A DNA stretch of 64,000 bases from a bacterium (lineage in GTDB: Bacteria > UBA10199 > 2-02-FULL-50-16 > JAJFLM01): assembly GCA_965216315.1 (NCBI GenBank), contig CBDCFN010000015.1:352001-416000 (forward strand), written 5' to 3'. A program made the translations under genes and the position numbers. The notes beneath the pieces were generated by a model, which was not told the origin of the DNA, did not search any database, and was given only the letters and a program-made list of their open reading frames with translations. Shown here piece after piece: positions 48,499-58,914 of this stretch. Within the stretch, counting starts at the first letter, position 1; each line of letters starts with the position of its first letter.

Positions 48499-49635
48499 AT
48501 GCAGCCATTCAACCAAGACCACGAAACCTTCCGTCAAACCGTTCGCAATTACGTCCAAAAGGAACTCCTGCCCCATCAAGAGGAGTGGGAGACCAACAAA
48601 GGCTTTCCTAAGGAAGTTTTTCGCCAACTCGGGGAACTGGGATTTTTAGGCATACGCTTTCCCGAGGAGCTGGGTGGGAGCGGACTCGATTACTGGTACA
48701 CGATTTGTTTCTACGAAGAGTTGTTGCGTTGCCGTATGAGCGGCCTCTCGATGGACGTCATGGTCCAGACCGAAATCTCGACGCCGATTATCAACGTACT
48801 CGGGACCGATGAGCAAAAACAAGAATTCCTCTTGCCCGCGATCAAGGGTGAAAAGGTTGGGGCTTTGGGCATCACCGAACCGGATACGGGATCGGATGTT
48901 GCCAACATCAAAACAACGGCCAAGGTCGACGGCGATGACTACGTCATCAACGGGGCCAAGATGTACATCACCAATGGCAGCAAGGCGGATTTTATTACCT
49001 TGTCCGTGCGCACCGGTGAAGCGGGCCACAAGGGACTCAGCCTCGTGACCTTTCCAACCGACACCAAGGGTTTTGAGGTTGGTAAAAAACTCGAAAAGCT
49101 TGGCATGGATTCATCGGATACGGCGCTGTTGTTTTTTGATAACTGCCGTATTCCGCGGCGCTACGTGTTGGGTGAAGAGAACCGCGGTTTCTATTACATC
49201 ATGCAGAATTTCCAGGGCGAGCGTTTGGGCGCGGCGGTGACCTGTGTGACTGAAGGGCAGTACATGATCGAGGATGCCTTGAAATACGGGCGCGAACGTG
49301 AGGCCTTTGGGAGGCCGATTCTCGGTTTCCAGGTCTGGCGGCACAAGTTTGCGCAACTTATGACTGAACTGGAAGCGGGCCGCCAGTTGACCTACCACGC
49401 GGCCGACATGTTTAACCGCGGCGAAGAATGCGTGACCGAAATCTCAATGGCCAAGCTCTACGCCTCCGAACTCGCCAATCGCATCGCGTATGATTGCCTG
49501 CAATTCCACGGTGGCGCGGGCTTCATGAAGGAGTATGACATCTCCCGCTCCTTTCGCGACCTGCGTCTCATTCCCATCGGCGCCGGAACCTCCGACGTCA
49601 TGCGCGAGATTATCGCGAAGAATAAGGGGTTCTAA
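48499..49635 (+). CDS. Acyl-CoA dehydrogenase
   Basis: GITEPDTGSD, NGAKMYITNG, QFHGGAG, IGAGT. Confidence 0.95.
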   Translation: MQPFNQDHETFRQTVRNYVQKELLPHQEEWETNKGFPKEVFRQLGELGFLGIRFPEELGGSGLDYWYTICFYEELLRCRMSGLSMDVMVQTEISTPIINVLGTDEQKQEFLLPAIKGEKVGALGITEPDTGSDVANIKTTAKVDGDDYVINGAKMYITNGSKADFITLSVRTGEAGHKGLSLVTFPTDTKGFEVGKKLEKLGMDSSDTALLFFDNCRIPRRYVLGEENRGFYYIMQNFQGERLGAAVTCVTEGQYMIEDALKYGREREAFGRPILGFQVWRHKFAQLMTELEAGRQLTYHAADMFNRGEECVTEISMAKLYASELANRIAYDCLQFHGGAGFMKEYDISRSFRDLRLIPIGAGTSDVMREIIAKNKGF

Positions 49636-49638
49636 TGG

Positions 49639-50268
49639 TTAATGCCCTTCTTCTCCTTCCTCAGAGGGCTCTTCAGTGCGATTCAAGTTAGGCTGATCTT
49701 CTCCCGTGCCACCATGCCAGTAGGTTGAACATCGTGTGACCGCGAAATCATCGGAAAGCCTATCGTTACGCAGAGAGTCGGGCCAACTCTGACACGCAAT
49801 GCAAACGGCTTGACGGGCTTCCGATAATTCTTGCTGCAAGACTTCGAGGGTGTGACTCCCTCCACGGCAGAGACGGTCTTTTTCGAGCCATTGCTGGTTG
49901 AGCCGCAAATACTCAGTCCAGAGTCGGTCCGATTCAGTGTGAATGAAGGCCGTGCATTCTGCGTTAGGTGCTCGTGAGGCGACTCTAATAAATCCATAGG
50001 ATTGCTGACGCACTGTCAGGCTCTCCTGTTCAAGCTGATCCGCTTCGTGACAAATTTGTTCTTTTTCATCGTGACGCCGTTTGGCTGACTGGTACTGTTG
50101 GGTGGCGAGGACGCAATTATCGAGCTGGAGCGGAGGTCGATTAGCGGCCGAAATGTCGATCACTTTTTTGCTGATGCCAAAATCGCGCAGGCTGATGGCA
50201 TGGCTACTTGATAGGGGCCAAATGAATGTCAGCCCGATGACGATAATAAAGAGTTTAATGATATTCAT
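49639..50268 (-). CDS. Secreted Cys-containing coiled-coil hypothetical protein
   Basis: Signal ..SSHA; GGAGG RBS. Confidence 0.72.
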   Translation of the reverse strand: MNIIKLFIIVIGLTFIWPLSSSHAISLRDFGISKKVIDISAANRPPLQLDNCVLATQQYQSAKRRHDEKEQICHEADQLEQESLTVRQQSYGFIRVASRAPNAECTAFIHTESDRLWTEYLRLNQQWLEKDRLCRGGSHTLEVLQQELSEARQAVCIACQSWPDSLRNDRLSDDFAVTRCSTYWHGGTGEDQPNLNRTEEPSEEGEEGH

Positions 50269-50279
50269 GGTAGCCTCCT

Positions 50280-50858
50280 TTACTCGGTACCCAGCGCACT
50301 TGTACGTAAGCAGACCGCATAGCGCGTGACTTCAAATTTCACAGGCGATGAGCTTGTTCCATCCAGCGCGTTGACCAGGGAAACAGCGATAGGCTTGCCG
50401 GTTTCCGGAGATGTAATCGTTCCAAAACCCGTCTTCATGCCTAAACGCTTCGTCGTGGCATTTTTAGTCTGCGAGGTGTCAGGCAGTGCCTGGAAGGCGA
50501 ACAGTTTGTCACCGCGCTTGCATTTAAGCGCAGGCGGATCATTGTAGCCGGGTTCCGGGTTATTGGAACTCTGAGCAAAGTTCCGATCATAGCAGTAGCG
50601 GTGAATATAAATCGAATCTTCCGGATAGTATGTCTTGGGACTTCCGCAATAAATAGACTGCACGTCCTTTCTCAAATAGATCATTTTGGGACTCGTCACC
50701 TTGACTGGATTGATAATGGATATTGCCTGGGTTGCCGATGGCGTTGAAGGTTCGACCCCTGTCGCTGGAATTTTTACATTGTAAAATTCGGCGAATGCGG
50801 GACCCGTAATCAGTGCTATCGCAATGACAAATGTGACCTTGCTCAGTGTCTTTCCCAT
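50280..50858 (-). CDS. Secreted hypothetical protein
   Basis: Signal ..PAFA; GGAGG RBS before ATG 50858. Confidence 0.72.
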   Translation of the reverse strand: MGKTLSKVTFVIAIALITGPAFAEFYNVKIPATGVEPSTPSATQAISIINPVKVTSPKMIYLRKDVQSIYCGSPKTYYPEDSIYIHRYCYDRNFAQSSNNPEPGYNDPPALKCKRGDKLFAFQALPDTSQTKNATTKRLGMKTGFGTITSPETGKPIAVSLVNALDGTSSSPVKFEVTRYAVCLRTSALGTE

Positions 50859-50886
50859 GGTAGCCTCCGTTCTGGCTATTAGGTCT

Positions 50887-50902
50887 TGCAAAACTTATGC
50901 CA
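50887..50902 (-). promoter_or_regulatory. sigma54 promoter
   Basis: Minus strand TGGCATAAGTTTTGCA. Confidence 0.7.
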
Positions 50903-51069
50903 TGATCACCGGACCATAAATTAAATAACTTATTGAAATTATTTAATAAATTTACTCTTCTTGTGCATGGCCCCATTATCATTCTGATAAAATTATCAAA
51001 TTGATAATATTTGTCGTTGGCCCGCTACGGAAAAAGTGAAGGAAATTGGCGAGTTAGCAAAACGGTGTT

Positions 51070-51085
51070 TGGCATAGATCATGCA
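51070..51085 (+). promoter_or_regulatory. sigma54 promoter
   Basis: TGGCATAGATCATGCA, GG-N10-GC. Confidence 0.62.
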
Positions 51086-51108
51086 AAGACGGCAGGGAGG
51101 AGGATGCG

Positions 51109-51486
51109 ATGCAACATATTAAGTGGGTCATGGCCGTAGCCATCTTGGGGTCCTGTTTCGTTATTAACGTCCCGTCCGGAGTTGAGGCGCGGTCCGATCT
51201 AGTCGTCGGGAGCGGTGAGCTGAGCGAGGCACAAAAACAAAAAGAGGTCTGCGGGAAGTTACGCGATGAGTGTAAGCAGAGCTGCAAGCGTAATTACGAC
51301 CACGAACTCAACCTCGCGCGTGAAGAGGCCAAGCGCGGTGCGATAGCCACGATCATCTTTGGGGAGTCTGCGGATCCCCAGGTGGAACTCGATGCCGCCC
51401 TGGAAAAATGTAAAGGCAATTGTGATGAGGATTTTACCTGTTGCCTCGAACAGCAGGATCCGCTGGGCTGCTTTTACGGGATCTAA
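51109..51486 (+). CDS. Small secreted Cys-rich hypothetical protein
   Basis: Signal peptide; C-x6-C-x3-C and C-x3-C-x5-CC patterns; GGAGG RBS. Confidence 0.75.
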   Translation: MQHIKWVMAVAILGSCFVINVPSGVEARSDLVVGSGELSEAQKQKEVCGKLRDECKQSCKRNYDHELNLAREEAKRGAIATIIFGESADPQVELDAALEKCKGNCDEDFTCCLEQQDPLGCFYGI

Positions 51487-51527
51487 TCGCTACCTAATTA
51501 CGAATTGCTCCATCTGAATAGAGACTT

Positions 51528-52667
51528 TTAGAAACTTCGAACAAAACTGATTCGTGAAGTTATGGGCTTAAAGCCGAGCGTGCGATTTAGGCTGATCATA
51601 CCGGTATTGCTCGACTCATTAGCGACGAGGATAGTTGGAATTCCCTGTTCTTGTGCGTAGGCAATTGTTCGTACTTTGAGGGCGAGTGCAATTTGGCGGC
51701 GGCGGTAAGCCGATTTCACTCCGGTGAGGTGGCTCCAGGCATGTTGCATGACTGCGCGGCCGAGCAGACTGCTCGTGCCGATATAATTCCCTTCGTGAAG
51801 GGCGACAAAGTAGGCGTCGGGTGAGAAGCCTGGGCTTTGAAGAATAACCTTTGAAAAGCTCTCAAAACTCATCTTGAGCGTGCCCTCTGGAAAAGGAGCG
51901 TCACTCAAGAGTTCGTTTTCAAGGTCATAAAGCTTACGGTCGCGTTCCGGATCAGCTGCCAGCTCGCTCATCGATTTGATTTCTATTCCCTCGTTATTCA
52001 ATCGAGTCTCATGTTCTTGATAAGGCGCCAAATTAGCCAGAGCGACGGGCAAAGTCATGACGACGTCACGCATACGCTCTCGGAAACCGCGTTGTTTCAG
52101 AAAGGCGATTCCCGCCGACGATTCCTGGTTCAGAACGACGCGGATGGTTTGAGGATTGAGAACTTGCAGTGCCGTCATGATCGTGGAGAAAAGGCGACTT
52201 CCTATTCCGCGCTTTTGAAATTGCGGGTGAACAAAGATCTTTATTGTGTATTTGTCGGGATGATAAACGATATATGGCTGATCATATTCAGCAAAAGCGA
52301 TGATTTCACCCTCGTGCCTGACGACCCAGCGCTGAAGGCGGCAGCGAGGATCCCGACTCACATCAAAAAAACGGATTTCGTCAGCAGTGAGTGGACGTTC
52401 AGGATAAGCGATATTTTGAAGTACACTGATCGCAGGGGCGTCGATAGGGCGATAGAGTTGGAGCGGATAAGCCCGGTTTCGAACTGCCTGGATTGTGTTT
52501 GTGCGCTGAAAGGCGAGATTGCGTTGATGTTGGGTGGCCAGCAGCGTCGGAGGTCCCTCAAAATGAAAGCTGTCCAGGCGGCGATAAGGACACGCGGTTT
52601 CCACAGGCGGTAACAAGGCCGTCGTGATTCCGAAACCGCTGAGAGAAGTTAGCAGGGGTGAGCTCAT
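51528..52667 (-). CDS. Tandem GNAT acetyltransferase with S/T/L-rich leader
   Basis: VHPQFQKRGIG, TGVKSAYRRRQIA, N..M..LN..LGF; start at ATG 52667. Confidence 0.88.
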   Translation of the reverse strand: MSSPLLTSLSGFGITTALLPPVETACPYRRLDSFHFEGPPTLLATQHQRNLAFQRTNTIQAVRNRAYPLQLYRPIDAPAISVLQNIAYPERPLTADEIRFFDVSRDPRCRLQRWVVRHEGEIIAFAEYDQPYIVYHPDKYTIKIFVHPQFQKRGIGSRLFSTIMTALQVLNPQTIRVVLNQESSAGIAFLKQRGFRERMRDVVMTLPVALANLAPYQEHETRLNNEGIEIKSMSELAADPERDRKLYDLENELLSDAPFPEGTLKMSFESFSKVILQSPGFSPDAYFVALHEGNYIGTSSLLGRAVMQHAWSHLTGVKSAYRRRQIALALKVRTIAYAQEQGIPTILVANESSNTGMISLNRTLGFKPITSRISFVRSF

Positions 52668-52676
52668 CGTGATGCC

Positions 52677-52702
52677 GTATCGGCTGTTGAAACACAATGT
52701 TG
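52677..52702 (-). promoter_or_regulatory. sigma28-like promoter motif copy 9 (CAAC-N14-GCCGATAC)
   Basis: 9 nt upstream of ATG 52667. Confidence 0.65.
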
Positions 52703-52793
52703 CTGAGGCAGAATGACAAGTGTTTACGGGAGTATACGCAGGATTCTCTTTCATTGTAGTTAAGGTAGTGGCGTGGCATAATACAAAAAATAC

Positions 52794-54374
52794 ATGCCGA
52801 AGCTCTGTTTGATTAATCCACCGACCACGACCTCAACGGAGGAGATTTATTTTCCGATGGCCTTAGTGGCCTTGGGCTCGATGTTGAAGGCCGGTCAAAT
52901 ACCTTTTGAACTTATCGATTTTGACCTGGAACTTCAGAACAAGCCGCTCTTGTCGCAATGGCACTATTTTAAAGATTATGCCCTTCGCAGGCTTAAGAAA
53001 ACCGATACGAGGTGTTTCGGGATTTCGAGCATTTGTTCCAACTACCCCGTGTCTCTCTTGCTCGCGAAGGCCATCAAAGAGCGCTGGCCGCGCAGTTGTA
53101 TCATCCTAGGGGGTCCTCAGCCGTCAGCGGTGCCGGAAGAAACCTTGCGGCTCTGCCCCTGGGTCGATGTCATTGTTATTGGTGAGGGAGAATGGACCTG
53201 CGTTGAACTGATGAAAAGTGATTTGAGCGCTGAATCACTGCGTACAATTGCGGGAATTGTCTTTAGGGATGGCGATGAAATTGTGCGAACCGAACGGCGC
53301 CCCTTGATAGAAGACTTGGATACGCTTCCTTTTCCAGATTATAGCTTGGTTCCGCTCAAGGAATATCTGCCGATCACGAATCACGTCGATTTGATTGAGG
53401 CTGGCCGGGGGTGCCCTTTTCTTTGTTCGTTTTGTTCGACGGCCTTAATGTGGGAACGCAAGTTCCGGGTGAAATCTCCGGCGCGCATTCTCGAAGAAAT
53501 GCGCCGGCTCAACGCGGATTACGGTTTGGTTTCGTTCGGGTTGACCCACGACAATTTTACGACCTCGCACCGTCATGTGGCGGCGTTCTGCGAGTACTTT
53601 CGTACGCATAATCACGAACAATTTATCTGGTCAGCCAGTGCGAGGAGTGACACGCTGAACCCGGAACGTATACAGGCCTTGTATGATGCGGGCTGTCGCG
53701 GGCTATTTTTTGGAGTCGATTCCGGTTCAGTCCGCATGCAAAAGGTCATGAAAAAGCAGCTCAACCTTGCGCAATTCAAGGAGCATCACAATATATCGAG
53801 TCATCTCGGTATGTCGTCGATTACGTCGCTGATACTTGGGTTTCCTGAAGAAACAGCGGAGGATGTGGATGCGACGATTCGCTTAGGACTTTGGGCCAAG
53901 CTCAACGGTTCTTCAACGGTCCAGTTTCATCGCTTATCAGTCTTGCCGAGCACGGCCCTCTCCAAGCAGCATCACGGTGCCCTGTTTTTTGATACGCAAA
54001 AGACCTCGTGGGATTTTGACAGGCAATCGCATGAGAGCCGTGAGATCGATCGCCAGATTCGTAAGAGCCCGGAGCTTTTTTCAACCTTTTATACTTTGCC
54101 AACACCTTTGCTCGGATCGATAAACATCGAAGCGTTAGCCTTTTTCTACCATGAACTCGTCAATTTTATGGCCCCGACGCTTGACCATATCTTTATGGTT
54201 ACAGGCTGGAGCACCGTCGAATTGTTTGAATGCTGGTTGCGGTGGAAGGAAAACTACTATCCGAAACGGCGGGTGAGCGGGCCTTTTATTTTTAATACTT
54301 TTGCGGAATTTGTTCGTAAGGAGGTCACACGGAGCGAAGGAAATGGATTCAATATTCAACAGGAGGCGTTATGA
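52794..54374 (+). CDS. Cobalamin-binding radical SAM enzyme
   Basis: GGP, GEGE, RGCPFLCSFC, DNFT, GFPEET. Confidence 0.92.
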   Translation: MPKLCLINPPTTTSTEEIYFPMALVALGSMLKAGQIPFELIDFDLELQNKPLLSQWHYFKDYALRRLKKTDTRCFGISSICSNYPVSLLLAKAIKERWPRSCIILGGPQPSAVPEETLRLCPWVDVIVIGEGEWTCVELMKSDLSAESLRTIAGIVFRDGDEIVRTERRPLIEDLDTLPFPDYSLVPLKEYLPITNHVDLIEAGRGCPFLCSFCSTALMWERKFRVKSPARILEEMRRLNADYGLVSFGLTHDNFTTSHRHVAAFCEYFRTHNHEQFIWSASARSDTLNPERIQALYDAGCRGLFFGVDSGSVRMQKVMKKQLNLAQFKEHHNISSHLGMSSITSLILGFPEETAEDVDATIRLGLWAKLNGSSTVQFHRLSVLPSTALSKQHHGALFFDTQKTSWDFDRQSHESREIDRQIRKSPELFSTFYTLPTPLLGSINIEALAFFYHELVNFMAPTLDHIFMVTGWSTVELFECWLRWKENYYPKRRVSGPFIFNTFAEFVRKEVTRSEGNGFNIQQEAL

Positions 54375-54880
54375 TTAAGCGAGTGAAAACGAAGGTCTTT
54401 TCCATATTTTCCATCTTAACCGGTTTTCTTATGGGAACGGCGACACAGGCAAAAGCGGCGGATATTTTCTATAAGCCCGCTGCCAAAGCGGATTCGAATG
54501 CTTCAAGGGGTGCGCCGACCATGACCGAGCATGGAGCCCCGATCATGACGGAGCACGGCGCGCCAACTTACCGGGCACTTGGTGCGCCGACCATGACCGA
54601 GCATGGAGCCCCGATCATGACGGAGCACGGTGCGCCAACTTACCGGGCACTTGGTGCGCCGACCATGACGGAGCATGGAGCTCCGACCATGACGGAACAC
54701 GGTGCGCCAATGGTCACTGACTTAGGGCGGACGGAAAGCATACGAGACAGTAATGACGAGGTCGTTGATGTCCCAGCGGAGACGAAGGTTCTTCTGGATA
54801 CCAAAATTCTCCTCGAACGCTTGAGAGGCATTGAAAGTTCTCTTGAGCGGCTGGAGCAAAAAATCGAGCGAGAAAAGTGA
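54371..54880 (+). CDS. Candidate RiPP precursor: signal-like N-terminus, 9 GAPxxxxx octapeptide repeats, C-terminal coiled coil
   Basis: GGAGG RBS; 4-nt overlap with the upstream rSAM gene; repeats GAPTMTEH/GAPIMTEH/GAPTYRAL. Confidence 0.7.
   Translation: MIKRVKTKVFSIFSILTGFLMGTATQAKAADIFYKPAAKADSNASRGAPTMTEHGAPIMTEHGAPTYRALGAPTMTEHGAPIMTEHGAPTYRALGAPTMTEHGAPTMTEHGAPMVTDLGRTESIRDSNDEVVDVPAETKVLLDTKILLERLRGIESSLERLEQKIEREK
54509..54724 (+). repeat. 9 x 24-bp coding tandem repeat
   Basis: Units start GGT/GGA GCG/GCC/GCT CCG/CCA; 72-bp higher-order duplication. Confidence 0.92.
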
Positions 54881-54888
54881 GGAATAGA

Positions 54889-55053
54889 ATGATTAAAGAT
54901 CAAGAAGTTAGAAATGAAGAGCGAAGGATGGATGCCGAACGCGAGATTACACAGTATGCGATTCTTCAAGCCCTTGATGCGATTGAAAAGCGAATTGCAG
55001 CTCTCGAGTCTCGGCTAGAGATGAGAGATGGCGCCCAGAATACTAGTCCTTAA
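54889..55053 (+). CDS. 54-aa coiled-coil protein similar to the precursor C-terminus
   Basis: Manual translation MIKDQEVRNEERRMDAEREITQYAILQALDAIEKRIAALESRLEMRDGAQNTSP; GAGGA RBS. Confidence 0.6.
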   Translation: MIKDQEVRNEERRMDAEREITQYAILQALDAIEKRIAALESRLEMRDGAQNTSP

Positions 55054-56527
55054 TCCGCCCAGCCCCGGCCGCGCGTACCTGAATCGTGATCTCATGGGTG
55101 GCATGGGAGTTCATAACCCGAGGGGCAAGAGCCTGCGGGCGAAACTCTTATTTAAGCTCAAAGGCACGACAATTCACATGCCCGTCATGCAGCTGGTGTA
55201 TGGTGCCACCTTGCTCAAACGAGAGGGCTTTGACGTTCGTGTGATCGATGCCGTGAATGAAGGTCTTCATTTGACGGATGTGCTCAAAAAGGCCGATGAC
55301 TTTGCACCGGACGTGATTTTAATGGCGACGAGCAGCGCCGGTTTTAGGTTTGAACGTGATGAAGTGGCGCGTGGCCTGAAGTCGCTGTGTCCAGAGGTCA
55401 AGATCATTGTCGTCGGTGACATGGTGACGGCCCTGCCGGAACAATTGTTGCCCTGGTTTGACGTGGCGGTCATGGGGGAGGTGGAACAGGCGGTCGTGTC
55501 ACTCTGCCACGGCGATGATTATGAAACAATTCCATCGATCATCTGGCGTGAGGGAGATCGGGTGCATCAGAGTTCGCGCGGTAAGTCGTTTCTGGCGGTT
55601 CGAACACTGGAGACACTGCCGTTCCCGGATTGGAGTCTCTTTCCCTATACGCATTATTCCTATTACCCGCAGCTCAGCCAGGCGCCGGTTGCGTTGATTC
55701 AGGCCTCGCGAGGCTGTCCTTACGAATGTGGTTATTGTCCCTATCCGTCGAATCAGGGGCGGCAATGGCGGGCCCGCAGCGCGGAAAACGTCTATGCCGA
55801 GATTCAGTGGGATCTTGAATTTGGATTCAATGCTTTTTTCTTTCGAGACCCGCTTTTCACGGCGGATCAGGAGCGTGTGGAGGCCTTGTGCGATCTGATC
55901 TTGGGGGATGGCGTCAAGATAGAGTTCGTTTTTGAGACACGGCCTGAACTTTTGACGCGTCCCGGTTTGATCGAGAAGCTAGCGCGTGCGGGATGCCAGG
56001 CGATCAACTTTGGAGTTGAAGACGTTCATCCAGAAATTCTGCGCTCGATTAACCGTCGGCCCGTACCACTCGACCAGATTCGAGCGACGTTGCGCGCCTG
56101 CGAGACGAGTGGGATCAAAACGACCTGTTTCTATATTTTAGGTCTTCCGGGGGCGACAAAAGAGTCGATGAAAGAGACGATCCAATTCAGCCGCGAAGTT
56201 CTGAGTCATTTCGTCGAGTATAAAGTTGCAACGCCGTTTCCCGGCACTTCTCTTTATCACCTTGCAAAGTTGAATGGTTGGATGAAGCGTGAGGGCTTCG
56301 ACCAGCTTGGGGGTTACAGCGCAGCGATGCGCGTATCCGATGAATACGATGAGGGTTATTTAGAGGGCTTAGCGGAGCGTAGTGCCATCGAGTATTACTT
56401 CCATCCACGCTATCTCTATCGTTTTATCCGGCGGGGCGAATTGTTCAAGCTTTTTAAAGTCTATGCTAAGACTCACTTTCAGAGACCGATGCAGTCTCTG
56501 AAGCTCGCGCACGAGCGGTCTCCGTAA
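55028..56527 (+). CDS. Cobalamin-binding radical SAM enzyme
   Basis: LNPP, SRGCPYECGYC, FRDPLF, ETRPE, GLPG, TPFPGT. Confidence 0.92.
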   Translation: MAPRILVLNPPSPGRAYLNRDLMGGMGVHNPRGKSLRAKLLFKLKGTTIHMPVMQLVYGATLLKREGFDVRVIDAVNEGLHLTDVLKKADDFAPDVILMATSSAGFRFERDEVARGLKSLCPEVKIIVVGDMVTALPEQLLPWFDVAVMGEVEQAVVSLCHGDDYETIPSIIWREGDRVHQSSRGKSFLAVRTLETLPFPDWSLFPYTHYSYYPQLSQAPVALIQASRGCPYECGYCPYPSNQGRQWRARSAENVYAEIQWDLEFGFNAFFFRDPLFTADQERVEALCDLILGDGVKIEFVFETRPELLTRPGLIEKLARAGCQAINFGVEDVHPEILRSINRRPVPLDQIRATLRACETSGIKTTCFYILGLPGATKESMKETIQFSREVLSHFVEYKVATPFPGTSLYHLAKLNGWMKREGFDQLGGYSAAMRVSDEYDEGYLEGLAERSAIEYYFHPRYLYRFIRRGELFKLFKVYAKTHFQRPMQSLKLAHERSP

Positions 56528-57221
56528 AGCGCAGGGGTTTGAAGCGATAGAGTAGAATGCACCACAGGGCCTTAAATCCATCCGTTACGCCGATTTTTTT
56601 GCCGTCTTCGTAAGTGCGGCCGTGATAAGCAATGCCGACTTCATATATCCGTGCCTTTAACCGGGCCATCTTACAGGTTATTTCTGGTTCGATCCCGAAG
56701 CGGTCTTCTTCAAGGACGAGCGACTGAATCAACTCGCGACGAAAAATTTTATAACAGGTCTCGATATCGGAGAGGTTGAGGTCGGTGAGGATGTTGCAGA
56801 ACGAAGTAATTACCTTGTTGCCGATATAATGCCAAAACATCAGGGCGCGATGCGCTTGATCGGAAAAAAAACGAGAGCCGTACACGACATCGGCGCGGTC
56901 TTGCTCAAGCGGTTCAAGTAGTTTGGCATAGTCGTTCGGATCGTATTCTAAATCAGCGTCCTGAACGATCACATACTGACCGCGCGCGAGGCGAAAACCG
57001 GTGCGGATCGCTTTGCCTTTGCCGTAGTTGCGCGCGAGGCGAATCACGCGCGTGTTAGTCGATTTGGCTTCGATCTGGCACAGGTGTTCGGGCGTGCGAT
57101 CCGTTGACCCGTCATCAACGATGATCAATTCTTTGTCAATGTCGACGCGCTGCACCTTTTCGACGATCTCACGTATAGTATCTTGTTCGTTATAAACGGG
57201 AATAATGACGGATAGTTTCAC
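56466..57221 (-). CDS. GT2 glycosyltransferase (polyprenol-phosphate sugar synthase-like)
   Basis: [27 protein letters not shown]. Confidence 0.93.
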   Translation of the reverse strand: MKLSVIIPVYNEQDTIREIVEKVQRVDIDKELIIVDDGSTDRTPEHLCQIEAKSTNTRVIRLARNYGKGKAIRTGFRLARGQYVIVQDADLEYDPNDYAKLLEPLEQDRADVVYGSRFFSDQAHRALMFWHYIGNKVITSFCNILTDLNLSDIETCYKIFRRELIQSLVLEEDRFGIEPEITCKMARLKARIYEVGIAYHGRTYEDGKKIGVTDGFKALWCILLYRFKPLRFTETARARASETASVSESES

Positions 57222-58171
57222 AGCTTACCTGCCAAGAGATCGTCGTAGTATTGAATGGTTCGTTTCAGGCCATCTTCGAGAGTGACCTTGGGATGCCAGT
57301 CGAGTTGGGCCTGCGCCAGGCTAATGTCAGGGCAGCGTTGCGTCGGGTCGTCTTCCGGCAAAGGTTCAAAGACAAGTGCCGATTGAGAGCCCGTGAGATC
57401 CAAGATCAATTGAGCGAGATCGAGTACGCTTATTTCTTGGGGATTACCAAGGTTGACCGGACCAACGAAATCATCATCGCTGTGCATCAATCGGATGAGG
57501 GCATCTATCAAGTCCGTAACGTAACAGAAAGAACGTGTTTGTTCGCCTTTGCCAAAGATCGTGATTGATTCGGCTTTGAGGGCCTGCACGATGAAATTCG
57601 AAACGACGCGGCCGTCATTGAGACTCATGCGAGGACCATAGGTATTAAAGATGCGCGCGACTTTTATCGGTAGCTGGTATTGCCGGTGGTAATCGAAGAA
57701 CAGCGTTTCCGCGCAGCGCTTGCCTTCATCGTAGCAAGCCCTCACGCTGATGGGATTGACATGGCCCCAATAGGACTCATTCTGGGGATGTTCATCGGGG
57801 TCACCGTAAACTTCACTCGTTGAGGCCTGCAATATCTTCGCGTTGAGTCGCTTTGACAAGCCCAGCATGTTGATCGCTCCGTGAACACTAGTCTTTGTCG
57901 TCTGTACCGGACTGCGCTGGTAGTGAGTTGGGGCTGCGGGACAGGCGAGGTTGTAGATCTCGTCGATTTCGACATAGAGAGGGAAACAGATGTCGTGACG
58001 CATCAATTCGAAGTAAGGGTTCGCGATGAGAGTTGCAATATTTCGCTTTGCTCCCGTAAAGAAATTATCAACACAAAGGACTTCGTGACCATCCCGGAGA
58101 AGTTGCTCACACAGATAAGATCCAAGAAAACCGGCGCCCCCGGTGACGAGTATTCGCTTGCTCTGTTTCAT
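57218..58171 (-). CDS. uxs: UDP-glucuronate decarboxylase (UDP-xylose synthase)
   Basis: [39 protein letters not shown]. Confidence 0.93.
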   Translation of the reverse strand: MKQSKRILVTGGAGFLGSYLCEQLLRDGHEVLCVDNFFTGAKRNIATLIANPYFELMRHDICFPLYVEIDEIYNLACPAAPTHYQRSPVQTTKTSVHGAINMLGLSKRLNAKILQASTSEVYGDPDEHPQNESYWGHVNPISVRACYDEGKRCAETLFFDYHRQYQLPIKVARIFNTYGPRMSLNDGRVVSNFIVQALKAESITIFGKGEQTRSFCYVTDLIDALIRLMHSDDDFVGPVNLGNPQEISVLDLAQLILDLTGSQSALVFEPLPEDDPTQRCPDISLAQAQLDWHPKVTLEDGLKRTIQYYDDLLAGKL

Positions 58172-58902
58172 TACCGTATCCGCTTGAAAATTCCTTCAGG
58201 AATGAGTTTAGCGGATTTTGCGATCAACCACCAAAACTTTGGGACGTAAATGCTGTTTTTTTTGCGCTGGATGGCCTTGTAAATGCCTTTCCCGACCCTC
58301 TCCGCGCTCGCAAACAGCGGATTCTTGTTTCGCTCTGCGGTCATGGGCGTGTCGACGTAGCCCGGCTTGATCGTGAGCACATGAACGCCCTCGCGATAAA
58401 GCCTCTTTCTCAAGCCCTCTAAATAAGTGGTCAGTGCCGCCTTTGCGGAGGCGTAGATGTAATTATAACGGAGTCCGCGATCACCGGCGACCGACGTGAT
58501 GACGGCGATTGTGCCGCTACCCTGTGCGCTCAGCCTGTTGGCGAGCGTGGTGAGTAACGAGACGGCACTCAGATAGTTGGTATGGATCTCTTGCTCCGCA
58601 ATGCGAAAGTCACTTTCAGAACGCAATTGATTTCCATAGGAGCCATGGGCGATCAATACCGTGTCAAGCTGCGGGAAGGTCGTAAAAACTTCATTGATGA
58701 GACTTTTATGGCGGTTGAATTCATTTAAATCAGCGATGGCTGTTACGACCGATGCTCCGCGGTCGCGAAGATCCCCAGCGACCTGATTCAATTTATCCGG
58801 GTTACGCGCGATCAAATACAGGGTATCCCCTCGGGCGGCGAAATGTTTGGCGACTTCGTGGGCTATTTTGGAGGTGGCTCCGAGGATGAGACGTGTCGCC
58901 AT
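58171..58902 (-). CDS. SDR oxidoreductase, DprE2-like
   Basis: [30 protein letters not shown]. Confidence 0.85.
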   Translation of the reverse strand: MATRLILGATSKIAHEVAKHFAARGDTLYLIARNPDKLNQVAGDLRDRGASVVTAIADLNEFNRHKSLINEVFTTFPQLDTVLIAHGSYGNQLRSESDFRIAEQEIHTNYLSAVSLLTTLANRLSAQGSGTIAVITSVAGDRGLRYNYIYASAKAALTTYLEGLRKRLYREGVHVLTIKPGYVDTPMTAERNKNPLFASAERVGKGIYKAIQRKKNSIYVPKFWWLIAKSAKLIPEGIFKRIR

Positions 58903-58914
58903 AAAAGTATAGTA

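Noticed and set aside
54509..54724. 24-bp repeats as a CRISPR array
   Set aside because: Tandem, in frame, no unique spacers, variation mostly at third codon positions, no cas genes
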